Source of the DNA: Blepharisma stoltei ATCC 30299
Taxonomy: Eukaryota > Protista > Ciliophora
Assembly (NCBI GenBank): GCA_965603825.1
Contig: CBFDEM010000056.1
Location: forward strand, 372,001 to 436,000
Direction of reading: 5' to 3'
Length of the DNA stretch: 64,000 nucleotides
Below, piece after piece: positions 22,349-34,353 of this stretch. Position numbers and translations under genes: made by a program. The notes beneath the pieces were generated by a model that was given only the letters and a program-made list of their open reading frames with translations, was not told where the DNA came from and made no database searches. Each line of letters begins with the position of its first letter. Positions within the stretch are counted from its first letter, which is position 1.

Positions 22349-23263
22349 TTATGAATAAAAAGTTGGTATTATATTTGAACTAGTTCTAAAGTGCACTTTG
22401 TTTTTAAATCCATTTGCAAGTCTCCTGCTTTCTATTTCTTTTTTATATTTATTAAGGAGTTCTTTTATCGGAAATTCTGAATTATTGTGATCTACTAATA
22501 AAGATTTTGATTGTTTTCTCTGCAACTCATCTTTAAGTTTGAAAAGCACAAGTTTAGCCTTCTTAAATTTAAATGATCACCTAATCCTCTCTTTTTCTTT
22601 TTCTTTTAGTGTCTGGATTTTTTCCGAAATTTGCCCGCTGAAATCATCAACTCTATTCTCTGTATTATTTTCTATTTTTCATTCTAACTCTTTTATCAAA
22701 TCACTTTCTATACATCTTTCACTTTTGAGCATATTGATTGTCTCTTTTAACTCATCTAAATATTTTATGCTTTCCTTAACATTCTTCATATTTTCAAGCT
22801 TTTCTTTTAAATTTTCAGTTTCTTGATTCTTCTTTTTTAAGTCATTTTCTAAGTCTTTTATTTCTTCTTTAATATTAATAGAAGAAATTGCCTCATAGTG
22901 CTGTCTAAGTTGGTCCCTATTTTCTTCAGATTCTCTTAATAAAAGTCATAATTTTTGGTTTTTCTCTTTTAGCTCATTAATTTTTCTACTAACAAACCTT
23001 GGAGTTTCAGAAGATGAGTAATAAGTTTTTGGCGTCATACTTGGGCTTATAGAAGCTTGAGAATTTGCTCTTGATTTTGCCCTTGGAGTTAATTTTTCTT
23101 TGCACTCTTGCTCAATTTTTAATTTCCGATTTCTATCTTTAGCTTGGATTAGATCTGAAGTTAATTTTTTTATTTCTTGATTCATTTGAGAAAGCTGCGG
23201 ATCACTTTTTTCAAAATTAATCACTGAGGCGCACATTGATGATGACGATCTTCGATGCTTCAT
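22349..23263 (-). CDS. Hypothetical coiled-coil protein (304 aa, three TGA)
   Basis: Single frame from ATG 23263 to TAA 22349 with TGA=Trp. Confidence 0.7.
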
Positions 23264-23465
23264 AATTTTGGATTAATTATTAATATTTTTTATAAAATGC
23301 TGGTAGGATTATAGCCATTATCTAATTTTTTTACTCACCTTCCTCTATTTTTAAGATTTTTATTAATTTAATTTTTAAATCTCTCCTTTCACATCTAGAA
23401 TTAAACAATTTAATAAATATATCTGTTATAGCTATAAATATATAGTGAACTAATTAACTGAACCG

Positions 23466-24590
23466 TTAATAATCTTCTTCCTCTTCTTTAATATTTTCTA
23501 GTAATTTCAATTTTTTAAACTCTGAAAGTAAAAGTTTTCCTTGTCCACTTTCATCTCGGCTTTTTATAATTGTGCCAAGTAATTGTCAGACATTTCCTAG
23601 TTCTTCTCTTAATTTTGCATTCTCTTCTTTTAATGCGTTAATTTGAGTTTCTAATTCTGCATTTTTTTCTTTTGTGTCTCTATGATGCAATTCTGAAATT
23701 GCCATTCTCGGAAGGTCTGAATTTTCTTCCATTAACTTAATATGGCTTCCTCTTCTTAGGCTTATTGGGACTTTTTGAGTTGCCTGCTGACGATCTTCAT
23801 TATTGACATGAACCGAGTCTAATTTTTCTAGCCAGAGGTGATAGAGCAATTTGTCTTTGGAGTCTTTTGTCTTAACCATGCAAGGATTCATAAAAATTGA
23901 AAGATGAGTTAACTTTGGGAATCCTTTTAAAACTTCTAAAGTATTTTCGAAACTGAAAATTTGGTTATTGCTCACTTTTAGACACACAATTCTTTTGCAT
24001 ATTCTAAGTGGCGAGATATCCTTTATTTTATTATGTGCCGCTTTAAATGTACTGAGTCTAATTAACGCTTGTAATGGAGATAAATCTTCGATACTGTTAT
24101 TATTGACATTCAAGTATCTTAGGTTGGTGCACTGACCCACTCCACGCAAGCTTGTAATATAATTATCAGAAAGATCTAGAATCTTCAAGTTAAAAAGCCT
24201 TGATAAGTTGATATGATCGTTCGTTTCAAACTGGCTTAGTCCTTTTCCATTAAGTTTAAGCTCTTTTAGCGCCCCGAGATTCGGAGATTTCGAGATCTGT
24301 AAAATTCTTTTTTCTGTCAATGAGCCAATGTCGCTCAAAGGATTTTCTGGTATTTTTACATCAGTCAAAATTGATGAAAGGTTTCTTTTAGACTGAGCTG
24401 AAGGAAGCGGTGCTCCTTCATCGCCGAAGCTCAAAAAACTAGAACTGGAGGAAGTTCGGTCATTACGCCCATTATCTGCTTCAGGATCGTCAGCCTGGTA
24501 GCACACATGCCGACGCTCAATGTGGGCTTCAAGCTCGCTACGAGATTCGAATTCCTGATAATCGAAAGGACATGAATAACTTCCTTGCAT
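23466..24590 (-). CDS. Leucine-rich repeat protein (SDS22-like LRRs) with N-terminal C2H2-like finger and C-terminal coiled coil
   Basis: LKILDLSDNYITSL, LRYLNVNNNSIEDL repeats, NPC LRRcap; YSCPFD..F.SRSELEAHIERRH; extends past TGA 23586. Confidence 0.8.
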
Positions 24591-24951
24591 TTTTATTTTT
24601 TGTTAGGTGGTTAGAATTAGTTAAGAAAAGCACATATAATTGCGAAATAAAATAATGATTTTTTAAAATAGTTAAAAGGAAGAATTTATAGGTAAAACGC
24701 AACAGAATTGCACGAGAAATAAGTTCACCATCTTTCAAATATTTAAATAAACTACATTCTTTATTAGATGATTACAAATTAGATCAGATTATGCAAGTAA
24801 ATGGCAGATATAACTTTTTAATTAAATTACTTATTGAAATTATTAGAAATTTTGATTGAGAGTTTTAGCTTTATAAGCTTAAAAATATGTGGGTTTTCTA
24901 GTTTCAAGAGCAATAAGATGATTAAGAATATTTTTAGATATTAGATTAATT

Positions 24952-25638
24952 ATGGACAAGAAGGATAAAATCATTAAGCAACTGCAAGAGCGTGTAAATG
25001 AGCTAGAAGATATCAATCAGTCTTTGAATGAAACTATTGAAGTCCTTCTTCGCCGCAACAAAGAGCTAGAATCCAAGCTTTCAGCAGAATCTCCAAAACA
25101 CATCCCTTCAAGTCCTTCAACTCGTCCTTCCACAACTACATCTGAATACAGCCAAGACGTCCTCCAGCATATCCAAATGGACAATTTATCATTTTTCCAA
25201 TCACTTATCTCTAATGGTTTATCAATTGATCGCCATTTCGAGGAATCAGGCACTTTTTTAATCCATGAAGCCGTAAAATCAGGCGCTATTAAAATCCTGC
25301 ATTTTCTATCATCAAGATGCAATGTAAACGCTGTTTCTGATGACGGGGAAACTCCTTTGACGCTAGGAGCAGAACTGGAAAAGCATGATTCTATTTGTAT
25401 GCTTTTACAAGCTGGGAGAGATAAAGTTGATTTAGAACACAAAAATAAGCAAGGACTAACAGCTCTGCAGATAGCTGTGAAAAAAGGAAATAAAGAAATT
25501 GTTAGCTTGTTGCTGGAACATGGAGCGGATATAACAGTTACTACTGTGCTTGGAGATTCTTTATTGAGGATGGCTCAACGTGCTGGGCATCAAGAGATAG
25601 TTTTGTTGCTAGCAAATTCAGGAGCTTCTTTAAGATAA
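24952..25638 (+). CDS. Ankyrin-repeat protein with N-terminal coiled coil
   Basis: GETPLTL, GLTALQIAVKKGNKEIVSLLLEHGAD. Confidence 0.9.
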   Translation: MDKKDKIIKQLQERVNELEDINQSLNETIEVLLRRNKELESKLSAESPKHIPSSPSTRPSTTTSEYSQDVLQHIQMDNLSFFQSLISNGLSIDRHFEESGTFLIHEAVKSGAIKILHFLSSRCNVNAVSDDGETPLTLGAELEKHDSICMLLQAGRDKVDLEHKNKQGLTALQIAVKKGNKEIVSLLLEHGADITVTTVLGDSLLRMAQRAGHQEIVLLLANSGASLR

Positions 25639-25736
25639 ATTAACATTTCATGCTTAGAACTTTCAAATAAAGGGAAAATTAATTAATTTTCAAAGATCTG
25701 ATTAATTTAGCTAATTCTCAAGATTATTTCATATAA

Positions 25737-26822
25737 TTAAACGAAGCTTGCTGTATAAAACGGTAGGTCTTTAGCAATATGCTCACCAGTGACATCTAGA
25801 AAGAGCATCCCATGATGTTTGAGTCTGCTGTACATTGTTTTCACAGTAAGCTTACTTGTGGTATTTTGGGCGACTTTATTAACGAAAAATTCAGCAGTTT
25901 GTCCTCTTCTAATATTGACAGAATCTAAGTGGTTGATAAGCACTGACATCGTATCATCTTCACTTTCCATGGGGGCTACCAAAGGTGCGACTTGATCTAG
26001 TAAGCACTGTTCATTTGTTTTAATTTCCAGAAAGGCTGTTTCGGCATGTGATCCTTCCAATATATCCAAATAAAGCAATTCGTAGAGCGGACTTTCTGTG
26101 TCCCACAATGTCTGATAAAAAGACCTAATAAAATATTTCACTGCGTCATTTTGTATCGAATATAGATGAGGCGACTCCACCAGCAGCTTTAAATGTGTAT
26201 CACCTATATTATTTGGATCCACCAGTGCGTCTAGCAGCTTATCTTGGATTTCTGGGTCAGGATTATATATGTCAAGTTCATCAATAGCAAGCTCTTTCAT
26301 TACATGATCAATGGCAGCCTGATCTGTGCACATATAAAACTGGTCCGGATCCATGCATTTTAACCATTTTTCAAAATACTCATCAATATCTTCTTGAGTG
26401 TAACTCACTCCAGCTAAATCTTGATACACAAGCAGCCCTAACACAAATTCTCCTGCATCGCCTCCAGGAGTTCCTAAAATATCATCAACAATTCTTCCAT
26501 CTAGACATCGAAAAGCACTGTGAGTAATGCGGGCATACGAAAAATTGCCATAGCCTGAGAGCTTTTCGTTGATTTCTTCATAGGTGGAGCCAGTTCCTTC
26601 TCTGTCTTGAGTTAGTTTGATTTTGCTGGGATGGCATTTCGCTTCTTCTATTTCGACCATTCCCAGCTCAGAACAGTCGCATTCAACATCATAAGTGTCT
26701 TCGCTAACTGTCATAGTCCCATCGAATTGATCAAAGCTTGATTCTGAAGTTTGAATAAATTGGCTTGAATCCAGCTTTAATGTGCAAAAGGCTACACTAA
26801 ATAAAACGAATAGTAACTTCAT
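25737..26822 (-). CDS. Secreted acidic protein, putative beta/zeta carbonic-anhydrase-like fold
   Basis: Signal peptide MKLLFVLFSVAFC (ATG 26822); CLDGR, GTPGGDAGEF, FYMCTD, IGDTHL, GSHAE motifs. Confidence 0.55.
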   Translation of the reverse strand: MKLLFVLFSVAFCTLKLDSSQFIQTSESSFDQFDGTMTVSEDTYDVECDCSELGMVEIEEAKCHPSKIKLTQDREGTGSTYEEINEKLSGYGNFSYARITHSAFRCLDGRIVDDILGTPGGDAGEFVLGLLVYQDLAGVSYTQEDIDEYFEKWLKCMDPDQFYMCTDQAAIDHVMKELAIDELDIYNPDPEIQDKLLDALVDPNNIGDTHLKLLVESPHLYSIQNDAVKYFIRSFYQTLWDTESPLYELLYLDILEGSHAETAFLEIKTNEQCLLDQVAPLVAPMESEDDTMSVLINHLDSVNIRRGQTAEFFVNKVAQNTTSKLTVKTMYSRLKHHGMLFLDVTGEHIAKDLPFYTASFV

Positions 26823-27222
26823 ATTTATCAAGTTTTAGCGAGATTTAGATAAGATAGTTGAGATGAATTCCGAATAGCGAGATATATGAAGGAAATGAAT
26901 TTGATCTTGTGGATTAAAGATTTATTTTTCTAGGAAGGATAATAGGATTAAAAATAAATTAAAGCTGTTACAAAAATTTTTCGGGAGTTAGTAATAAATT
27001 AGATGCGTATCGATAATCATGAAATAATCATAAATATTATTATCAAAAATATGACGAAGTCAGTCTTAAAATAGATGCGCAAAATTTTTTTCAAATTAGG
27101 ACCAGTAAAAATTTTCTCCATCCGAAGTTGGTATAATTAAAATTTATAGCCATTACGGCAGTATTAAATTTAGTCAAATGCATCCTAAGACATAAATTAT
27201 ATAGATGGCTATAAATATATAA

Positions 27223-28050
27223 ATGTCATCGAATGATAGGCGAACATGAACAAAAGAAGTAACTTTTATTTAGGAAGATGAGGCAATCAAGGAGCTAGTC
27301 CTTGGTATGGGCATCCACAAATGGTGTCAGGTCTCTGCTCTTCTCAAAAAGCATTACGGAATCAAAAACAGAACTGGAAAGCAGTGCAGAGAACGATGGC
27401 ATAATCATCTCGACCCTTCAATCAAAAAGGAGCCCTGGACCCCAAAAGAAGACAAACTGATATTAGACCTTCAAAAAAGATTTGGAAATAGCTGGTCTGA
27501 GATAGCCAAATACTTGCCAGGTCGTACAGATAATTCAATTAAAAATCGGTTTTATAGCACCATTAGAAGAAACTTGAGGAAGTTCAACAGGAAAAGGCCA
27601 AAAAGCCTAAAACTTACAGGACCTCTCAAAAGTATCCTGAAAGACACTGAAACAGTCGAATTAATTTTTAGCGAAAAGGCTCCGCCAAGAAATAAAGGCT
27701 ACAAGGAAGATGAAGAGAATTCAGAAAATGAAAGCCTTTATGAGTCAAGATCCGAGTCATCACATGAAGAGGAGCTGAAAGATGAAAATGAAATTCCAGA
27801 CATCGCCAAGTTAGTAACTGATGAAACAGCAGCGACAGTTACAAACATCATTGCTGCCCCAGTACCATATGTCCAAAATATTGATGTACATAATCAAACT
27901 TACAGTCCTAATGTCATATTTAGCTATCCAATTGTAAATTACGGAAATGCCCTACAATGCTGGCATCCTTATACAGCAGCTTGGGTCAATTATTTGAATC
28001 TCAATATGGTTCAAGATTGAGCTCAAAACAGTATAAAGTTCAGTAGATAA
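27223..28050 (+). CDS. R2R3-type Myb transcription factor
   Basis: RT-W(TGA)-TKE|EDE after removing the 15-nt intron; [45 protein letters not shown]; TAA 28048-28050. Confidence 0.92.
27259..27273 (+). other. 15-nt spliceosomal intron
   Basis: GTAACTTTTATTTAG; removal restores the Myb WTxEED motif. Confidence 0.92.
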
Positions 28051-28789
28051 TAAAATAGATTATAAGCTGTCTTTAAATTTAAATAATTGTACTTGGTGAA
28101 TCTTTGGCGAGGATATTTAGATAGAAAAGTTTATGGAATAAAAAAAGAAAATAAAATAGAATTTTATTGAATGAATTGCAAGATATCAACAAAACTAAGA
28201 ATTTAGATAGAGCTAATAAGCGAGAGTCTTTTGCAAAGTTAAAACAAATATAAACTTGACTCTCTTATAATATTTTCAAGTCTTATAAGTTTAAAGAATT
28301 TTTTTAAAATGTACAAACAACTTTTTTTCTCCTTCACTTTAAAACTCATTTCTAATAAATTTTCACTAAAATAAGTTACTTTTTAATCAAAATTAAATTA
28401 TTTTAAAATGCCAAAATCATTAAAAATTTAAAATAAATAATTTTGTTTATTTTTCACAAAGCTTTCGACATTAAAGTATTACAAAAATTTCTTCTCATTT
28501 TTCTCTCTCAAGTTTAATTTAAATTAATATAATTTTTTTTCCTAACTCCAAAATACCAACTTAATGAATTTATCTCCTCTCAACTCAAAGTCCATTTAAG
28601 CCAGAAGCTTAAAAACCTCATTATTTTATCTAAAAATCTTACAGATTCCTTTATAATTAATACTAAACATTAGAAGTAAATCTATTGAGCCCTATTATGC
28701 AGTATAAAAAAAGAATAAAATATTACTGTTTTTTGAGCAAAAAAGATTGCCTCAATAAGAAATTTATGATAATTTTAAAAATTATTCAA

Positions 28790-29251
28790 TTACGATTCAA
28801 CTTTGGATTTTCTTCCTTCATATAATTGAAAACCAATTTCTTTCGTTAGTAGCGTGCTTCCAATCACCATCATTGAAAGTCCAATTAAATACATTATTCC
28901 TTCCCATCCTTTGACTGGGTTGTTTAGGCACAATGAAAGGCCATCAAGGTCTTCTGCGCAAGCATCTGTATATTTTTCGCAAACAGCAGTGGTGCTTGCA
29001 GTAAGATTGAATAAGAATAAATAATACAAGCTTGCCCATGTCACAGCTGATAATGAAATGCAAGGAATTTGGAAAATTTTCATGAATTTGATTCCAAATC
29101 TGAACCCACATGCGAGAATTAGTAAAAAGTGGGGGAGAAGCTTGATATATGAATACCACTTGTCGCTTTCTCCAATATCGTTGTATTCTTGGATAAAGGC
29201 AGGAAAAGTCAATGCAGTTCCAAGGAGAGAAACGCTTATCTCGACAATCAT
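28790..29251 (-). CDS. Hypothetical multi-pass membrane protein (153 aa)
   Basis: About four hydrophobic segments and a Cys-containing loop. Confidence 0.6.
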   Translation of the reverse strand: MIVEISVSLLGTALTFPAFIQEYNDIGESDKWYSYIKLLPHFLLILACGFRFGIKFMKIFQIPCISLSAVTWASLYYLFLFNLTASTTAVCEKYTDACAEDLDGLSLCLNNPVKGWEGIMYLIGLSMMVIGSTLLTKEIGFQLYEGRKSKVES

Positions 29252-29670
29252 TTTATTACCATTTTAGGTTCAAACGTTAAATAAGGATAAGATCTTCATG
29301 AAACATATATTAAAAGAATATTTATGGGATAAATGCATTATTAAATGTAAAATATGATAATTCTACATATCAGGGATTTTAATAATAACAATAGCAACAT
29401 CAAATTGAATCACAGCAGAATTTTTTAATATAGCATTCTCTGATTCCAATTTTAATTAAAACTGCTCCTAGTCTTTAAAAAATTTTTAGAAAGACAAAAC
29501 TCAATTCTTTAGTGCTTATTTCACAACTGAATTGATAAGGATATTAGTATATTTTTTATATCAAAAAATATGAGAGATAATTACTGAAATACGAATATGC
29601 ATATTTTTCATATATGCAGCTTTAGTAAATGTGCTATATTTCTAATCTAATATGGAATATAATTTTTAAA

Positions 29671-30588
29671 ATGGGTTGCTGTCAAGACCGTGAGGTAAAT
29701 TATAACTAGGAAAGAGAGTCAGGACATTTTCAAAGAAAAAAACAGAGAAGATTAATCCTGAAGCGCGATTATGATTTGGATAATATGAAAGATCAAGAAA
29801 CTATGATAATCAAAGAGCATTCAGATCTCTCAATGTCAACAGAGAATATTACTGAGCCTGATGATGAAAAATATCTAAGAGCCCAGCTTGAAGGCTATAA
29901 GAGTGACAAAAAATGAAGTGAAATTGTGAAAATGATTTCAAATAGAACAGAAATCACAGAAGCCAAAATTTATATCAGCTGAGCAGAAAAACCAAAAACT
30001 GTTGGAAGCTTGGCTATTGCATATTTATGCAAGGAATGCAAAAGCGATCCGAAGGTAATCGCACCCTATATTGAAGAAGTCCTACCAACTTTGCTTACAA
30101 GTATTAAGATGGGCACCGATGATTTGAGAGAAAATTCACTTTTGCTTCTCTTCTATTTTGTAGATGTCGCGAGTGAAGAGGCTATTTCAAAACTATTAAA
30201 ATTAAGCATATTTAAAGCACTGGTAAGGTGGTTTCTATGCTCAAAGCCTGAGCTCAGGCATATTTCTGCAGATATTTGTGATAAAATTTACCGAGGAAGA
30301 AAAGAGGCACAAGAAGCATTTTTAAATGAACAAGGGGCCGTTAAACTTGTGCAATTAATCGCTTGGAGCTCAGATCAAGATGAGGTGCTATTCGATTTAT
30401 TAGGATATTTGATTGATTTAATGCAAGATGCAAATGAAGATCCATTAATGGAAAATATAAGAAGGGTTCATGAAAGCATGGTATGGGATATAATAAGAAA
30501 TATTGACACAACTGAAAAATCTCAAGAATTGATGGAACAGCTTGACGCTGTTATTAGACTACTGTCATATGACGAAGGATTTTCTTAA
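29671..30588 (+). CDS. ARM/HEAT-like helical repeat protein with MGCC acylation motif
   Basis: ATG GGT TGC TGT at 29671, 15-nt intron, TGA at 29914 and 29980, in frame with track ORF 30010-30588. Confidence 0.75.
29695..29709 (+). other. 15-nt spliceosomal intron
   Basis: GTAAATTATAACTAG, A10, in-frame TAG. Confidence 0.8.
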
Positions 30589-30700
30589 ATTTAAAACGTA
30601 ATAACTTAAGGATAAGCTGAGGAATTTATGGTTTATGTAATTATCATTTTAAGAATTATAAATTAAAAAGCATTCTTTTGCTAAAATTAATGATTATTCA

Positions 30701-32560
30701 TTAAATCCATTTACCGGAAGCATAGCCATAAATTTCGAACCCGGACAATGCTAAATTGTAAGACCCTGAAGAATTTCTATCGATCTGCACAATCCTAAAG
30801 CACCTGTATCCTTTTATCTTCAAATCATTTGCATTTAGCTCAATTCCCCATGTCGAAGTAGCACCACGCTGCTTTAAAGCTTGTCTCTCTCCTTCTAAAT
30901 TTGAATCATACTGAATATCTCCTGAATAATGAATTCTCCTATCCAACACAGTCCAATCTGTCTTATTAACTGACCCTTCCAGTTGCCAGTTCAAGCACAC
31001 ATGGCTCGAGGAGTTTCTATTTCTAATTGTATATGATGTCGGCATGAGCAGCTTCCCTGGCCCAAAATCAATCCCGAAAAATGAGCCGATTTCATTCAAA
31101 GTCCTTAAATTTGTGACTGATCTTCCTACAAAGTCTTCTAATCTGCCATATCCAATGCTTGAAGCAAAAACTTGTACTTGGCCAGAAATATGAGGATTTG
31201 CCCATGCAGTTGATTTTCCATTGGTAGCTAAGAAGTAAATAGCTCCATTTTCATCAAAATCATAGGAGTATACGAATTCTGTAGGATTCTCGAGTTTATT
31301 TTTCTCATTAGGTAGCCTGAAGCTTTGAGCAAATTTTTGTGGAGGCTTTGGGGGAGAAAATTTAGGATTAAAAGTAGGAAGGCTTTGCCGCAAAAGCTGA
31401 GTTGGCCAGTTTCAAGGCTCTTCTTTTTGAGTTTGAGCTTGAGGTATATCTTGCTTTTCATCTTCATCTTGAGGATTCCTCAAATCTATGTCATTTAATT
31501 CATCAACAACTTTTTCTTTTGTTTCTGGCTTTTCAAGGTCTTTATAGGATTTTCTTGGATTTCTGCTTACTCTGTAGGAATAAGGCTTTACAGTTCCTTT
31601 TTCATGGGCTGATAGTTGCACTGATAACCCTTCCAGCACTAAATCTTTTCCAACCGCAATTAATTGATTTGTTGCAGCTTGCAGAAGTTCTGCGTGAGTG
31701 AGAAATGGCCATCTAATTTTTTCCAATAATTCTAATTTGTCTTGATCAGTCAATTTTTTGATTTCGAGTTTATTTTTTGCAATTTCTTTTACATCTTCTA
31801 TTTTAGCTTGTGGCTGCTTTTCTTCCTCCGCTTCTTTCTTTTTGCTTTCTTCCTTTTTTCCTTCTTCTTTTGCTTTGCTCTTTTCTTCTTCCTTTTTGAT
31901 TTCTTCTTTTACCTCTAAATTTTCCCTTTTCATGAGATAACTGCAAATAAATGCATATACAATTCCTTCAGATTTTACGTTTAGTTCATTGCTTTGGCAT
32001 ATAAGTTTTACATATTCGCAAGGTAAATTAGTAAGAGATTCAATTCCACTTGGTTTTCTTGAAATGAGCTCAAAGTTTTGGATAATTTTTTCTAATGAAG
32101 CTGATATTAAACTTTTACTATCATATTTAATTCCTTCATAAAGAATATCAGCACCGTTCTCTGCGTTTAGTAGCGAATCAGCTATAAAATGTCCAGTATA
32201 CTCTACAAGTGATTGGATTTCCAAAATATGAGCCATTGAGAATATTGTAAATCCAGTCGTTGCATTTAAATTGTCAGGCCCAAAGCATTGAGTAGATTGA
32301 TTAGAGTAAATGTATTTTAGTATTGTTGGAAAAACATCTTTTGGTCTCATAATTGCTGTTTTCGGTTCTATTGGCTCTGGAACTTGGATGGCGTTTTTAG
32401 ATGGATCTTGGAAAGTCCTGTAAAAGTATTCACTCGCAGCAGCTAAAACAATTTTGTGTGCTTTATAGTTCGCATCACCAACAGATAGTGTTACATCTGC
32501 AAGAAATTCTTTTCCTGCAAAGCTTTGCAGTCCTAATCTTTGCTCTGGAACTTTTTCCAT
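30701..32560 (-). CDS. BTB/POZ-BACK protein with C-terminal discoidin/galactose-binding-like domain (619 aa)
   Basis: ADVTLSVG..YKAHKIVLAAASEYF, ELNVKSEGIVY, IRWPFL, DFDENGAIYFL, WQLEGS, LALSGFEIYG; two ORFs joined by TGA 31412-31414. Confidence 0.85.
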
Positions 32561-32619
32561 TAACTTAATAAAATGCTATAAACAACAATGCGATTAGAAT
32601 TATGAAATTTATTAAATAA

Positions 32620-33441
32620 TTACTTCAAAGGCTCAGTCCCTGGCTGATTTAGAATTTTATTCAGTACATACTCTACACTGATTCTATCCAAAGTAAAATT
32701 ATTCAAATTTGATTTAAATTCAAATTTCGAGTAGTTTTCAGTCCTCTCATAGCCTTCATTTTTCAAAGCTGGGTATATTTTTGCTAACATCTGTTGGGTA
32801 TTTTGAAAAATTTGATATACTTGTTCATCATTTAAATAGCCTCTTACATCATCCCAGCCCTTGATAAGAAGTATCACATATCCTGATAAATAAGAATGCA
32901 TATGATATAATAATGGTCTTTGTTTCCAAAAATCTTTATTATTTTTTACAGTTATTTCTTCTTTTATATTTTCCCAAAATGGGATTTCCGTATTCTCAAT
33001 TTTTTTGGAAAATTCATTAGCATTGAGTTTCTCTGAATCTTCAATATTTTCAAACATTTTATACGCAATGGCAGCATCAGCAGCAAAGCCAAGCCTGATT
33101 TTAAAAGATTTTCAAAGCCATTGTGCAATATCTTGGCAATTAAAAACGATCTTCATTATTGTTGGGCATTCTAATAAAGCTCTTAGCCCTCTAGGCCCAT
33201 TTACCATAGCAACACCTCCAGATAGCAAGTCAAAAATATATACAGGTCCATTTCATGCATGAATTGTGATACAAGAGATCTGCAAATTCTGATCATTTTG
33301 TATGATTTCTACCGATAAAGATATAGCTGTGCTCATTTGCATAATTCTTGCAACAGCCCCTATTGCTTGACTAGCGGTTTCTGCTAAAAGTACAGGTGAG
33401 TACATAAGGGATTCTCCTATATAAAAAGGCTTGTCTCCCAT
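32620..33441 (-). CDS. EXD1/Egalitarian-like DEDDy 3'-5' exonuclease-domain protein, probably inactive (273 aa)
   Basis: Read through TGA 33253 and 33112: VYIFDLL, GLRALLECPTIMKIVFNC, FWKQRPL..M.SY. Confidence 0.65.
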
Positions 33442-33452
33442 AATTAATATAA

Positions 33453-34343
33453 ATGAAAAAGAAAAATGGTTTTCGCACTCCGTTTCATGCTCTTCAAGTT
33501 GCAAGCTGAGTAATTATGATATTTCATGCTCTTATAGGAATTTTATGTATTTCTTTTTTGCTATCCACATATGAATTAGTTATTTTTTTGATTATTTATT
33601 ATACAAGTTTTATAATCGTCATTGCACAAGGAATTTTCCTTACAAAATCTGACCCAAGTATAAATATTCCATTTCAAAATGTGGATAAATCACCTACAGC
33701 AGTAAATTTCATGTGCACAATTTGCAAATGCTATGTCACAGAAACATCGAAACATTGCGGAAGTTGTGACAGATGTGTTGATAACTTTGATCACCACTGC
33801 AAATGGCTTAATAATTGTATAGGGAAAAGCAATTATAAGCAATTCATTAGATTGATTCTGCTTTTAGAAGCCAATCTCGTGATTTTGCTCATTTTTGAAA
33901 TTTTAATTATTGATAAATGAAAAAATAAGGGACTTGACATTGATGAGGATATTGAAAATGCTGATATATTTTTTATTATTTTGGATATAATTTTAAATTC
34001 CATTTTTTTATTACTTGTTGGCTATTTGATAATTTTCCACATATTTCTAAAATTTAAAAAACTGACAACTTATGATTGAATTAGGCAACGAAAAAAAGCA
34101 AAGAAAAATGCTAAGAAAAAAGCTATTCAACCACAGATAATATTTTATGAAGAAGAGGAAAATGGCACTTGCAACAAGAATAGCACATTTAAAAACCCAC
34201 AAAATACTCATGACGAATTAATCCCAATGATGAATTCAAGTGATACAAAAAATTCGACCCCAAAAAATTTGCAAATTTCTCAATCCCTTCATAAATCAGC
34301 TCCAACGATTGATTCAGATATAATAATGACTGATCGTACTTAA
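33453..34343 (+). CDS. DHHC palmitoyltransferase (ZDHHC1/11-like)
   Basis: [55 protein letters not shown]; TGA at 33507, 33918 and 34077. Confidence 0.9.
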
Positions 34344-34353
34344 CCTGTTACTA

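Noticed and set aside
26436-26443. Single CCCTAACA, a heterotrich telomere-like unit
   Set aside because: One copy inside a CDS, with no tandem array
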